From Sminthopsis crassicaudata (Eukaryota), in assembly GCF_048593235.1 (NCBI RefSeq), contig NC_133617.1:62395767-62459766 (forward strand): a stretch of DNA of 64,000 nt, given 5' to 3'. The notes under the pieces were generated by a model. That model was given only the letters and a program-made list of their open reading frames with translations, had not been told where the DNA came from and ran no database searches. Positions within the stretch are counted from its first letter, which is position 1; the number at the start of each line of letters is the position of its first letter. The position numbers and the translations under genes are program-made. Positions 1 through 12,960 of this stretch are shown here, in pieces.

Positions 1-1528
1 CATTTACATTACAGCTCCCGGTGTAGTGTCACCCTCTCATTTGACTAAAAGCTCCATGAGGGCAGGGATCAGGTCTTAACTAAACTATAAATCTCTGCCA
101 GCCTTCAACACAGGTCTTTGTGTTGGAGATACAACTTGAATTAATAAAACTATCCCCTTCTCTTTACCCTTTTCTTATGCATCCCCTGTCCTGACAGTAA
201 CCGATCATAGTAGGCTTGTTGCATCCTGGTGGGCCGATTGTCTCCTCTCCCCACCCCCCTTCCTGCCCCTTTTCTCTCCTCCAAGCCCTCAGAGGCTTTC
301 ACTGGAAGGGTCTATCTGGTGCATGACAGTGTTAATGAGGACATGTGCAAGTTTGCATAGATTTGCATAAGTATATTCACTGGAAGCTTCAGAGGCCTTC
401 GGAGGTCATTTCCTTCCCTTCCAGAAGCTGGGCAGGTTTGAGCATTTCTGTCTCCCGCCCTCCCAGGAGAGGGAGGGTTAGAGTCTGATTAGGAGGGAAA
501 GCAGTCAGGAGAACAGAGAATATTGAGGGACAGTTTCCATATTTCCTTTTAAATTTGAGGTATTACTGTATTGGTCCTGATACAGCCTACCCCTTGTCCC
601 CAAAGCTAATTTGTATAAAGCTTGAATGAGACTACAATCAAGCTGAGTTATATTCATTCCAATGATTATAAAACCCCCCACCTTTGTATGAACAGAAAGA
701 ATTGCTAACAATTGGCAAATTCGTTAACAATTTGCATAACATACCACATAAAACTTTTAAAGAAAATCCCATTTGTGTATTATTTTGTGCAATTATGTTT
801 TCAGTATATACTTATTTATTTTTTTCCTATTAGAGATATAACCTATACTCAGCAACATCCTATATTCTTGCCAGTATAGTATTTCTAGCATTTTCTTTCT
901 TTCTTTGTAAATCAATATTTATGTCTAACTGTAGGAGTTGGAATGGTGGTAGCTACAGGCATCTTACTAGAATAAGTAAGCAGTATTTAGATATGGAAGC
1001 TTAGGGCCCCAGGAATGAGCTGCCTGAAGACAGATCTGGGAATTCATTGAGGAGAACAGTTTAGTTAAGTGCAGACTTAATATAAGAGGGGATCTTTGTG
1101 AATTGGGACAGGGAAGTCAAGTCAAAACTACTATGTACTAAGCAGTGGAGATACAAAGAAGGAGAAAACCAGTCCCTTTCTCAAGGAGCTCAGAGTTCAC
1201 TGAAGGAAGCAACATACAAATACCCATCTGCAAACAAGATATAAATAGGATCTATATAAGTCAGGGCTTGGGGCAAAATCTGACATCGTATCATAGAATT
1301 GGATAGTTTGTACCTAGGTACAAAGAGATCTTTAAACTCAGGTAGACAAATGGCTAAAACTTCTGAGTCAGACAAGATCCCCGGGCCTTATCCAGTCCAG
1401 CCAGATACCAGGCTCAGGACCCAAGGAAAAAGGAATGCCATAGGAACACTGAGAGTTACAGAGGGTGGGCAAAGATCCTCCACCATTCCTGCCCTTTGTT
1501 CTTCCCCATCTCCCAAGTGCCAACTTAC

Positions 1529-1601
1529 CCTGCCCCCAGGCCCAGAGCAGTAACAGCTGGAGCAGCAGGCCACGGGCAGCCCAGAAAGATGGGCTCCCCA
1601 T
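1529..1601 (-). CDS. NCAN: Neurocan first coding exon (exon 2, 1529-1608 incl. 7 nt UTR); signal peptide MGSPSFWAARGLLLQLLLLWAWGQ-G. The rest of the gene lies left of the window
   Basis: Polypyrimidine tract and AG acceptor (1610-1609), 7 nt UTR GTTCAGG, ATG, 73 coding nt, then GTAAGT donor at 1528. Resembles human [25 protein letters not shown] with the same phase-1 exon size; synteny with NR2C2AP/RFXANK. Confidence 0.92.
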
Positions 1602-2447
1602 CCTGAACCTGGAATGAAAAGGAGAAGGAGAGAAGAGGGAAGATGAGTTTTTTCTCCATCTCCTGGTTAATAACTTTTCAGTAATGAGTAGATGAATTCA
1701 AACTTTCTTCTAATAAAATGAGGCTAGGAAGCCAACTGTAGAGGTCAAGTGGACTCTTTTGGGCTAGGATACAGCCCTAGGGACTTAGTGTCCTTTCATA
1801 ACATCCCAAAGTGATCTTCCTTTCTCTCTATGTAGCCCAAGAACAGCTGGACAACTTTTTCCTATTCCTCCTTATGGAAGAGATTTCATATTACAATGCA
1901 TTGAAATCCATCTTCTCCCCTTTCCCAATACGACACAAAGAATGATTTCCCAAATCCTCAAGGCTCAGTCCCACCCTGAAACTGAACACAAAACACAAGA
2001 ATGATTCCTGAAGCCCACATTCTCCTCATGCAGGGACCCCTAAGTCCCTCCATATATATATAGCAATATCCTCCCAAATAGGACACAGCACCATTCTCTT
2101 GTCCCCATAAAGGAACCCCCCTTACAGACTACTTACACACAATGGTTCCCAAGATCGAATGAAATGCCCAACTATCCAGTAAGAAAAAAGTGGCAATCTA
2201 CGCCATCTCAACTACCTCCTTGTCTAATAAACTGTTCTCCAAGCAAGCTGGCTCTGGAAAGTATAGCCAAGATCAGTGTTGTGTATGTATCTCTCCAACA
2301 TAATGAGTGACTATTCATCCCCAGAGTAATGAGGAGTACCATTTCTGCTTTCCCCCCACAATCATAATCTGCCTACAGTGTTTCTCTTTTCATCCCTAGC
2401 CATGTCAAATACCTTGTATATACTTCTAAGTTTTTTTTCCCTTTCTG

Positions 2448-2449
<2 letters not shown>

Positions 2450-2527
<78 letters not shown>
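2450..2527. repeat. (TC)n microsatellite, about 39 units
   Basis: Read directly. Confidence 0.98.
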
Positions 2528-2529
<2 letters not shown>

Positions 2530-3414
2530 CCTCTTTTTTCCCCCCAGGTCTTTCTGTTTAGCTTTCTTGGCCTCCCTGTCTCAATCTTTCTATATTGGTT
2601 ATAGTTTCTTTCCTGTCCCTTTTTCTTTTTTCTTATATATCTCTGGATCTATTTTTTTTTATTTTCTTGATTTTGCCATTCAATACCATCTTCCATCCCC
2701 AACTTCCAGATGGCACAATAGGGTCCAGGGGATATTAAAGAACTGATTGCTGACCTAAATCAGAAAACCTGTAGGAAATCTTCCCAACCTGGACCCCACT
2801 TGCCTAGAGTAATAGACAGAGTCTATCGCCTACCTTAAAGATAATATTCACCCTAGAGTTTTTGCTATTCTTTTTGAGATGATGAATCCAGCTTTAAAAA
2901 TGAATGAATGTGTTTCCTTTCCTCACTTCTTTGAAAAGATGGGGGTGAGGGGAAGAGGTCCAAAGGTCTAGACTACAACATATGTTTTCAGATTTTAAAA
3001 ATGTATTAACAGGTTTGACTAATTTTTTCTCAACAATGATTATTTGTTAAGGGGAATGGATTTCTAGGAGGAGGAAGAGAGATACAAGAGAAATTTTAGG
3101 CAATGCAATAATTAAAGATAAACATAATTTTTTTTTAAAGAATGACTGTCCTCTACACAGTCCCTCTTCAAATAAATAATATGGTCTTCTTAGGAGAGGT
3201 GAGCTCCAAGGAAAGTCATGGCACTCTATTTACAGCCAGAAGATCATTTTTCTATCCCCTCTCAACTATGTCTCTAACTCTTGAAGATTTTCCACATCCA
3301 AGTTCCTAGTTTTTAGAAGCAAGTGCTTTGAGAACTTTGAGTACCAGTTTCAGTCTCAACTCCAGCCTTAGCTGACTGTAGAATTCATTTGGTCTTCATT
3401 AGAGCTTTATAGAG

Positions 3415-3918
3415 TGTTAGGATTACTGGGTGAGAACTCAGGTTTTCTGGACGGTTACAAGGTGAGAACTCAGGTTGACTTGATAGAGGGGGCAAAGCTC
3501 ATTGGCTGGGGTGGTTCTTCCCAGAAGCCCTTGCATTATTCCACGCCCATTCTCTGGGAGAATAAAAAGAGACAGCACTGGGCGCAGAGGGCAGATCGGC
3601 CTGGAGAAGGATAAGAGCTGGAGGAGATTCAGAGCCAGGATTCAAGAGAAAGACTCTCTGAATTGCATCAGGCTTGACGGGGCTCTCTGCAGGAAGGGAA
3701 GTCACTTCTTTGGACAAGAGTTAACAGCAACTGCCTGGAGACAACGGTTCGCTACAGGAAGAAGAATCTGTCTGAGAGATTTGAGTAGACACAGCAGATC
3801 TCTTCCCAGAGAGCGATCCAGCAGCTTTTGGAGACGACAGCTCGTTACAATTGGCGTCCACACGTGGGGCAAGGACTTTTGCTTATCCTGACAAGAGGAG
3901 CTAGACCAGACCTTCGCA
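3415..3918 (+). mobile_element. ERV (class II/beta-like) LTR 3415-3849 + tRNA-Lys1,2-like PBS 3852-3870 + 48 nt leader
   Basis: TG start; TTACA then TGGCGTCCACACGTGGGGC; flanked by ATAGAG at 3409-3414 and 3919-3924; ATTGG at 3501 and AATAAAA at 3561. Confidence 0.8.
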
Positions 3919-4214
3919 ATAGAGGATAGGGCAAAAAAAAAAAAGACACTGAGCTAGTGGGGAATGGGATAAATAAGGACTGTGGAAGTATATTGGGAAC
4001 CTTAGAGATATCAATTTTGCTTCAGACTTAGAAATGCCTAATCCCAGAGAGGGTTTAGACAAGACAGTAAAATGAAAAAATAAGGGTGAGCATCAAGAGG
4101 GTTGGATTCTTGTTCATTCTCTCCCACTAACTCCCATGTGACTTCGGGTCAGTGCTTCATTGTACTCCTGGATCTCAATTTCTTCATCTTTAAAATGAAG
4201 TGGTTGGATTAAGA

Positions 4215-4400
4215 GATTTTGACCTTAGAATCCATGAACTTTTAAAAAATTCAGTAACCGGATTTCAATATAATTGTTTCCTTTGTAATTATATGTATTT
4301 CATTTTATGCATTAAAAATCTTATTCTGAGAAGAGATACAAATATTTCACTGGATTGCTAAAGGAGACAAATGACACTAAAGAGTTTTGAGAGTCCCTTG
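4215..4400 (+). mobile_element. Old hAT-Charlie (Charlie4z-like) MITE remnant
   Basis: tttcaatataatt..tttcctttgtaat..attctgagaag signature shared with the 31533-31722 copy. Confidence 0.55.
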
Positions 4401-7400
4401 ACTAGATTTGATCTCTAAGGTCTCTTTAAGCACCAATGCTTCATGTTCTAAGGTCACTCGGTCCAAACCATATTGAACCCTTTCAAAACAATTTCAGTGA
4501 GAGATCAGTCTCCAGCTGAAGACCTCTAGTGAAGGGGAACAGATTGCTTCCTGAGGCTACTCATTGCATTTTTTTTTGGACACTTCTGTTAGCAAGATTT
4601 TCCTTACATAGAGTTCCAAATCCACCTCTTGGCTACTTCTCTCCATTGTACTTAGTTCTGCCCTCTGGGAATAAATAGAATGAGTCTAATTTCTCTTCCA
4701 CAAAATAAGCTTTTAAATACTTGGAAGACATTTATCATGGTACCTCTTAGTCTCTTATTCAAGCTAAAAATTTATAGTTCCTTTAACCAATCCTTGTTTA
4801 AGTAAAATCTCTTGTTATCTTACTGACCTAGTCATCTGCTTCTGGTTACATGCCCATTTGTCAGGGTAGCTCCAAAAGGCTATACTTGGAATAGTGCTGG
4901 ATGGTGCAGTGGCTTGACAACAACAGAACTGGAGGCAAGAAGATCTAAGTTCAAATCCTGCCTCAAACATTTACTAGTTGTGAGATACTGGGAAAGAAAA
5001 AAAATTAAATTATTTAAATATTCTCAGCCTCAGTTTCCTTATCTGTAAAAATGGGGATAATAATGTCACCTATCATGCAGAGTTGTTGTGAAGTATCAAA
5101 TGATATAACATGTAGTGTACTTTGCTAATCTTAAAACTTCATATAAATGTCAACTGTTATTATTATTGCTGTATTTATTGAATGCTAGTCTCCAAGTATG
5201 GTCTGCTCAGGGTAGAGTCTGGCAAGTCCCTTTCTCTGGATCTTTCCCATTTCATCTACACATAAATAAGTTTCTAGGGGTTAGAGGAGGGTAGTGAAAA
5301 AGAGTTCAGTGTGGTATCAGAGAGTCTGCTTTCCCAGCCCAGCTCTGCTTCCCTCTAGCACTGCAACCCTGGCCAAGTTATGTCCTTCATTGGGTCCTAG
5401 TTTCCTTCTAACACTCAAATTACTTGCCCCATGGGATCATTTTAAAGAAAGCATTTTGTAAAGCTTAAAGAGCCAGAGAAATGCTTTATTATTGTTGCCC
5501 ATCTTTGTATCTGCTTCAGTAATGAGCATAGCAAGCTACATAGAGGAGGGCTTAGTAAGTATCTGCTGATGAACAAATGAATTGTTCTATTCCATTAATC
5601 CAAGATCTAAGATTCTATTCTATTCCAGGGTTCTGTGAATGATGAAAGAAAGAGATGTCTCATAGGACAAAGAGAATTGCCCCTGATTCATAACATCGGG
5701 CAATACCAAGGGATTGTAATTTTCTCCTATCCATATCTTGTCCCCAGGGAATCTGTTTTCTGGCATCCATTTAATTAACAAGGGACTAGCCACCCTGGAC
5801 AGCTACTTCTGCTATCTAAACTATCTGTCTCAGCTAGGAACCACCCTGGATTGTATCCTGGCCCTAAATATCCAAAGAATCAGGAATAGTTCATCAGGAA
5901 GGAAAAAAAAAAAAGGCATTAGTCATGAGATCTGGACTATGGTCTCTGCTCTGCCATTGAATCTTAGATAAATTACAATCCCCCTTTCAAGTAGGGGAAT
6001 GGTATTAGATTAGATGACTTCTCAAAGCCTAGCTCTAAGTTTTAAGTTCTCACAGTCCTTCTAGTTCTAACATTCTTTTTTCTAAGGATCCTTCCTGTCA
6101 TAATTTTAATCTCATAAAAGCCCAAGAGCATGTCAACTTTGGGGTGGATGAGGTAAGCAGATTAGAAGATGATATCCATGTAATTAGACAGTTGAAGCCT
6201 CTCTGGTTGTCACTCTTACCCCCACTTGGGAACTCTTAAATCCTCTCTTCTGAGGTTTCTCCCTGGTTATTATCAACTTGCAGAATTTTACCTGGACATA
6301 GGGGTACATTATAATTAACCCCCATCCTTCACCTCCTAGAAGATCCTAATCAAAATCCTTGAGAATTTCCTGGGTATAGGAGGAGGGAGGGTGCTCTGAA
6401 TGTGAAGTAGGAGGGATTGTCATGTTGGAAGTGAGTTGAGTGACCAATCAACTCATTTCAACTTTCTTGCCCTTTCTTGTCTTTAAAATGAGGTTTTGGG
6501 ATTCAATGCTTCTGAAGTTCCTTTCAGCTCAAAATCTGTGATTTAAGCCATATCTCTATGTTCCTTTAATCCCTTTCTTGAAGTTGGAAATAAGAGCTGA
6601 GACTACCCTCATTTCCCCTGTTTGACAAACAGGAAAGAGGCTGGAAGGAGGATCAGAGCTTAAGTGTATGGCTTCCCTTTGAGAAAGAAACTTTCAGAGC
6701 TGGGTAGAACATCCAATAGTGGGGAAAGAATTTCTTCAGATCTTGTATTATGGCCCTAGCATCATATCACTGCATGGCTCCAGGTTGTTGTAAACTGGCT
6801 AGAGCCCTGCCTAAATAGGACCCTGTCCATGGTACTGAGGGAGTACCTGAAGTTCGAAAGTCCTTCCCTTCCCTTCATTTGAAATGAATTTTTGAGTTAT
6901 GACTCTAATGTACCAGGAACTACAAAGAGCCAGCCAGTAGCTCTCCCACCCTTGGTATCAATTATATGGGTTACAAGTAAAAGATCAGGTCTCAGTATAT
7001 AAGTCCTTGAAAAAATGAATAAGGAATCTGGACTTCAGTAGGCAGACTAGAATTTGATATTATTGGAATTGTATTTTATAAAACTGAATTTAGTCTCAGC
7101 TTCCTCTTCTAAAAATCATCAGGATGAACTACATGACATGGAAGGTACTTCCCAGCTTTGAAATCCTGTGTTCTAAGATCTTTTTCCAGCTCTAGTATTC
7201 TATGCTCTAAGGTCCCTCCCAACTCTTAAATTTTATGTTCTAAGATTCTAGGACAAATCTAGAGACTTTTAAAGGATTGTTGTGTTGAAAGAGAGATCAG
7301 TGAGTAACTACAGTACTTGTCCATTGCTCACAGCAGTGATTCCCAACCTGTGATCTGGGGAATTTTTGCAAGAGCTCCCTGAATCCAAATCCAAATTCAT

Positions 7401-8356
7401 AAATAAGCAAAATCTATCTTCTAGAAGATGAATAATATCTCACAGAAATAAGCATCACTATTTTTCAAAAACATGTAGATGCTTTTTAAACAAAACAAAT
7501 TCATTTTTAAAGCATTACTGAATTCAAAGCAGTTTTAACCTAGCTTTGTAATTTTCTCAATCAACAGATACTAAAATTGCAACTTCTATTGTGTTAAAAG
7601 CATGCAAAAAAGAAAAGAAAAAAATACTGACTTTAAAAAAGGATCCTTTCACTCAAAATGTTTTAAACTGATGATTTACAGGATAAAGTTCAAGTTCCTT
7701 TAGCCTGGCAGTTCAAGGACTTGAACAGTCCTTTGCTTCCATCCCCATTATAAACCTTTCTATCTATCCTGGGATCATGGTCTTATAGAACAAGAATTGG
7801 AAAGTAGCTCAGGGGACTTCTAGCCTAACCCCTTCATTTTCTAGATAAGAAAAAAAGCCGTAGGGAACTGTAGTGATTTGTTCATGATCAGAAAAAGTAG
7901 TAAGTATTAGAAATAAGATTTGAATCTGGATTTCCTGATTCCAGAGCCGGGTCCTCTTTAACTTCTGCTTGGGAGCTGGCTAGTCTGGCATGGGTGACTA
8001 CAGTGCTAATGGTCCCTTATCCGGGTTACAGATTACAATACTATTAACCTATGAGCATCCCACTGGATAGAGAATTCTCTTTGTATTCCCCTGGATCTTT
8101 AGTAAGAGGATGCTCAACTACTTGACTCATTTGGACTCAAATTCCAATTTTAAAACAAAGGTAGGCTTTGCTTTAGGGAAATGCCAACAATAAGAGTTAG
8201 GATTTAACCAGAAAAGTGGTGATGAGAGTTGGGAAAAGTGTTCACTTTACAAAAAGAATCCCCACAGGTTTTTAAAAATCCCCATTTGAAATGAAAATCA
8301 ATTGGCAAAATCCATCTTGCTCAGGGTGAGGGGTAACCAGGCAATGAGTCAGGTTG

Positions 8357-8365
8357 CACACACAC

Positions 8366-8398
<33 letters not shown>
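8357..8398. repeat. (CA)n microsatellite in CA-rich low-complexity DNA
   Basis: Read directly. Confidence 0.95.
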
Positions 8399-8401
<3 letters not shown>

Positions 8402-9477
8402 CTCTATCCTACCCCACCCCACCCCACCTATAGTCACAAGTAGTCATTCAGTTGACATCATAGACACAGAATCATCCTGTTAGTCATATAGTCACATCTC
8501 CACATTCGCTGGCACCCTCCCCATACCTGCAATCAGTCACACACACACACAGAGTGCACAAGTCACCCAAAGTCACACTCTTAAAATAACCCCTCACTCC
8601 AGAGTCCTGGTGAATTTTCACAGCTGTGAAGGGTTTTGTCATCTCATGAATAATTCATAGGATTCATGCATATGCAAGTGGAGGCAAAGAGGGAGCTGGA
8701 GACCAGCCTCAGCTGGAACCCAGTCCAATTCTGAGCAAATGACAGTGTGTGTGTGTGGGGGGGGGGGGGTTGGGAGGGGTAAGATATGAGGATTAGAGGA
8801 GATATCCAGTTCTCTCTCTTAACTGGGTTTCCCTGACCTCCTAATTCTGAAGGTATATGTATTTGAGATGATAGAAAGGATTATATATCCATAAGGTACC
8901 TTTGTGGGGAAACATTTGTGAATGTCCATGTGTCTCTGTGTGAAAGCATGATTTTGATGTGTTTTTGTGAAGGAGTTGAGGAAGATGCATTTCTGACTGT
9001 GTGCATTTATAGGTAGAAATACTGCTTTCTTTGCATCTGTATTTTTCTGTGTGTGAAAGAATGCAGGGAAGGCTGGAAGCAACTCTGGAGAGAAGTACAA
9101 ACTGTAGAGCACAAGGAAATTTAATCTTCAGGCTGGTGAATAGAGATGAAACATTCACCACCCGATTCCCCCTCCCAATCTCTCTCAGGTTACCAGAGTC
9201 CCCTTGGAAATCCCCTGTATCTCAAGTTGGGCAGATAATAGCGTGTAAAAGACCCCAGGAAAAATCCTGGAGGTAGGACTGTCCACCAGCTAAGGGATGG
9301 AAACGCAGGGAGATATTGGAGCCAATTTGGCTTCAGAAAATCCCAGGGAGGTTCCTGAAGACTGAAAGATATGGCCCTCAAATTCTGGACTCTTCTTGGG
9401 CACCATTGAATCACATTGTCACAACCCATGGATAATTTTCTTTGCATACACACACACACACAGTCTCAAGCCAAGAA

Positions 9478-9975
9478 NNNNNNNNNNNNNNNNNNNNNNN
9501 NNNNNNNNNNNNNNNNNNNNNNNNNNNNNNNNNNNNNNNNNNNNNNNNNNNNNNNNNNNNNNNNNNNNNNNNNNNNNNNNNNNNNNNNNNNNNNNNNNNN
9601 NNNNNNNNNNNNNNNNNNNNNNNNNNNNNNNNNNNNNNNNNNNNNNNNNNNNNNNNNNNNNNNNNNNNNNNNNNNNNNNNNNNNNNNNNNNNNNNNNNNN
9701 NNNNNNNNNNNNNNNNNNNNNNNNNNNNNNNNNNNNNNNNNNNNNNNNNNNNNNNNNNNNNNNNNNNNNNNNNNNNNNNNNNNNNNNNNNNNNNNNNNNN
9801 NNNNNNNNNNNNNNNNNNNNNNNNNNNNNNNNNNNNNNNNNNNNNNNNNNNNNNNNNNNNNNNNNNNNNNNNNNNNNNNNNNNNNNNNNNNNNNNNNNNN
9901 NNNNNNNNNNNNNNNNNNNNNNNNNNNNNNNNNNNNNNNNNNNNNNNNNNNNNNNNNNNNNNNNNNNNNNNNNNN
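9478..9975. other. Assembly gap (498 N)
   Basis: N run. Confidence 1.
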
Positions 9976-11499
9976 TGCTTTTCATTTTTACATGGGAATA
10001 TAAAGACTCAGATGGGAAACTGAGGCTCAGTGAATTCATGTGACTGGACCAAGGTCAGGAAAGCAATAAAGCCAGAATCCAAACCCAGTTTCTTTGATGC
10101 CAAGTCCAGGGATCTGTCCATTCCAACACAAGAAGCATTACCACACATCCTAACATAGTCACACCCCAGCAGACACATACCCTCTCACACACAAAGACAT
10201 GGCTGCAGTGTCGTGTACACACACAGTCACAACCACATATATTCTTACTAAAACACCCCTCAACACACGTCCGTACAATCATTCCAGCACTTCCAGCAAC
10301 GAAGAGATTAGGAGGGCTGGGGTGGGGAGGGGTTCGGGAAGGAGGGAGGGCGGTATGTCTTTAGAGAAGGGATGACTGCTGAAATCTGTGACCTCTTCTC
10401 TTACACCTAGTTTCTTCCGTACTCTAGTACTAATTGTCTTTCTCCAGTACCCCACCCCCACTCCATCCTCTCCCTCACCCAAAAGCAGTGGTTTAAGAAG
10501 CCGAAGCAGCAGCTGCTCAGCTTAAGAAATCCACCCCTCCAATCAAAGCCACCAGCAGGAGGCAGGCATATCGCTAGGGAAGCCCCATAAGCGAACAAAG
10601 CCCAGGCTCGGTCCACTCGAGGACTTCTGGCCAGGGGTACTCCGTGGAGGAGCTGGCTGGTCCAAGCAGCCGGGAGAGAAGGAGAAAGAAGGGTGATGGC
10701 TGAAAGTGTCCAGATGGGGATGCCTGAGCCCTCCGCTGGTCCTTTCAGACACTTCCTTCCCTCTCCCGTTCTAATTGGTATTTTAGGGCTGTCCCCTTGA
10801 CCCAACATCAACCCCAGCCTTCCACGCTCTTGATCTACCAGGACATAGGGTGAGAAATGGAGGGGGCAGAGGGGTTAGCGGGCGGAGGGATACGTTATAT
10901 GTTGTCCGGTGAGTCTCTCACTCCTATTTCCTCTGAGTCAGTCTGGACTGTTCTCCTTTTGGAAAACCTGTCCTTCCAGCTCCCAATGCCGCTGCTGGAA
11001 GGGCACCCAGCTAGATGTGGCCTGAAAAGAAGGAGCTTCTATGGCACTTCCCATTAGCTCCCTTCACACTCTCCATCTCCATCCCCAAGCAGATTTCTTT
11101 CCAGCTCCCTTTTCCAGAGGTGTTTTCTTCAGGCCCTAGACCACCCAGACAATATAGACCACCACAAAGTTCTCCTTTGCCTTGGCCTGGGCAAGAGATG
11201 GAACTCCTGCCCCTTACACAGGGAGGCTATATAGAGTGAAGAATCCATTGTATCAAGATAGCATGGGTCAATTCCGCCACCTCTGACCGGTTCTTCCACT
11301 CACTTGATCCCTTAATCCCAATCTCACCCCGGGGTCTCCTGAGTAGTCCTAACCCAGATCACCTAGGATCCTGGGTGAACCGGCTGTTGCCTTCATTTGG
11401 GTTGCCTCCCTCCCGTCCTTCTTCCCAGCTCATAGTATTTGCTTCTCTCCCCTCCTCTCTCTGGGCAACCAGCCGTGTTCCCCATCCCCTGAATCGCTG

Positions 11500-12960
11500 A
11501 CCCCAACCCCCGCCCTCCGTTCTTGTTCTAACAATTCCGTTCCCAAACTCTTCTTCCTCTCCACCTTCCTATCCCTGTTAACTGGTGGGCTCCTCCATTT
11601 TCATACCTCCCCCCCCCGCGACCCTCGAGCACACTGCCGGGGTGGGTGGGAAATGAAGACATGGCTTAAGCTCCCCTGCTCAAGAAGCACCTTAGAGGAG
11701 CTGGCGGGATGGGGATGGAGAGTGCCGCTCACGGGTCCCAGGAGCCAGCTGCCTCTAGGGACGGTCGGTTGTCAACTCCCCTTTCTCAGGGTCCCAGGAA
11801 AAGAAATCAGGGGCTACAGCTGGCCCAGTTCTAGAATCCCCACCTCTAACCGGGCCGGGCAGAGCTCGCAGAATTCAGCCGGCTGCCAGGACGGGGCGGG
11901 CATCGGAGCCTGCGTTGTCCGCTAAACCAGAGGACTCCGGACGGAGCTCCTTCCCCCGTCCCACCCCAGTCTGCCGCCCACTCCCCGTCTCAGGCCCAGA
12001 TCCGGGAAGCGCACCCACCTGCGTATGGGCTCGTCCTGCGGCGCCGTCCGTGGGTCCGGCCGCCCGCGGGCCAAGGGGGCGGCGGCGCCCGCTCCTAGCG
12101 CCGGTGCATCCCCGCAGCGCCTACGAGGCGGAGCGGTGCCGGGGCGGGTAGGCGGCTCCGCATCGGGGGAAGGGAACAGGGGAGAAAAGCGAGTCAAGGG
12201 GAGCCCTGCACAAAGCGGCCGAGCCTCAGGTTCCGGCTGCAGGCTAGCCGGGGCGCCCGCGGCCGCTGCACCGCTGCCTGCTTGTCCGCCCGCCGGGGGC
12301 CCAGCTAGCTCTCAGCTAGCTCTGCACTCCCCGCTCCCAGCAGGTGGCCGCGGCGCTGGGGGCCTCGCGTCCCAGGGTCTGTCGCCGCGGTTTCCTCGCC
12401 TTCTCCCTTTTTTATAAAGAGGATTCGGGTTTGGAGTGCGCATGCGTTGCCAGCTTTGCACGCGCGCCCCCCCCTTTCATGCCCCCCTCCCCATTCTAAA
12501 CTCCCTCTCTTTCAGTCTTCGTTCCCCCCACCTCTCCCTCCTTGCGATCCAGAGACTTCTTTTGGAGATGCCCTGGGAGTGATGGAGAGACTCCCCCCAC
12601 CCCTCACCCGACTGTTCTTCAGGAAGGACCGAATATGCGTCTCCGACCTTATCCCTCAATTCAACCCACCTCCCCTTGGTCTGATGTTGGGGGTCGCGGT
12701 GGGGCTGGAACCCAAACCTCAGGCTTCTCTAGCCCAATTACTGGGTTTTGGAAGGAGGTAAAAGGACAAAGGAGGGGCTGAGTGGTTGGGTAGGTGTGTC
12801 TACCTTAAGGCCAATCTTGAGAAAGCTCTGAGACTGAGCTTGAGAAGCCAGGGTCCCATTTACTTTTAGCGACCCCAGGCCCCCACCAAAGGAGCCTCAT
12901 TCTTACCCCTTCTGTACGGCTCTACACTGGCGGTATTGTGCCTGCCTGTCTGGAGAAGTC
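11500..12960 (-). promoter_or_regulatory. NCAN: NCAN CpG-island promoter: TATAAAA at 12416-12410, NRF1-like TGCGCATGCG 12437-12446, CTCF-like CCAGCAGGTGGC 12337-12348
   Basis: CpG-dense region; motifs read directly. Confidence 0.75.
12019..12385 (-). other. NCAN: NCAN non-coding exon 1 (5' end approximate)
   Basis: GC-rich segment about 25-30 nt downstream of a TATA box; donor CGCAG|GTGGGT at 12019/12018; intron 1 would be 1609-12018. Confidence 0.65.

Noticed and set aside
3502-3891. 129-aa ORF inside the LTR
   Set aside because: Near-cognate start, crosses the LTR/PBS junction, no retroviral protein motif
9396-10043. ORFs spanning N runs (also 34734-35126)
   Set aside because: Artefacts of assembly gaps
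12040-12062. RE1/NRSE-like CACGGACGGCGCC in NCAN exon 1 (and GGACAGCGC near 56591)
   Set aside because: Right half-site only; the TTCAGCACC half is absent
12019-12242. CTG (12242) or TTG (12197) open frame in NCAN exon 1 that splices in frame to the NCAN ATG (possible 77- or 62-aa extension)
   Set aside because: Long open frames are expected by chance at this GC content; no evidence for near-cognate initiation without Ribo-seq
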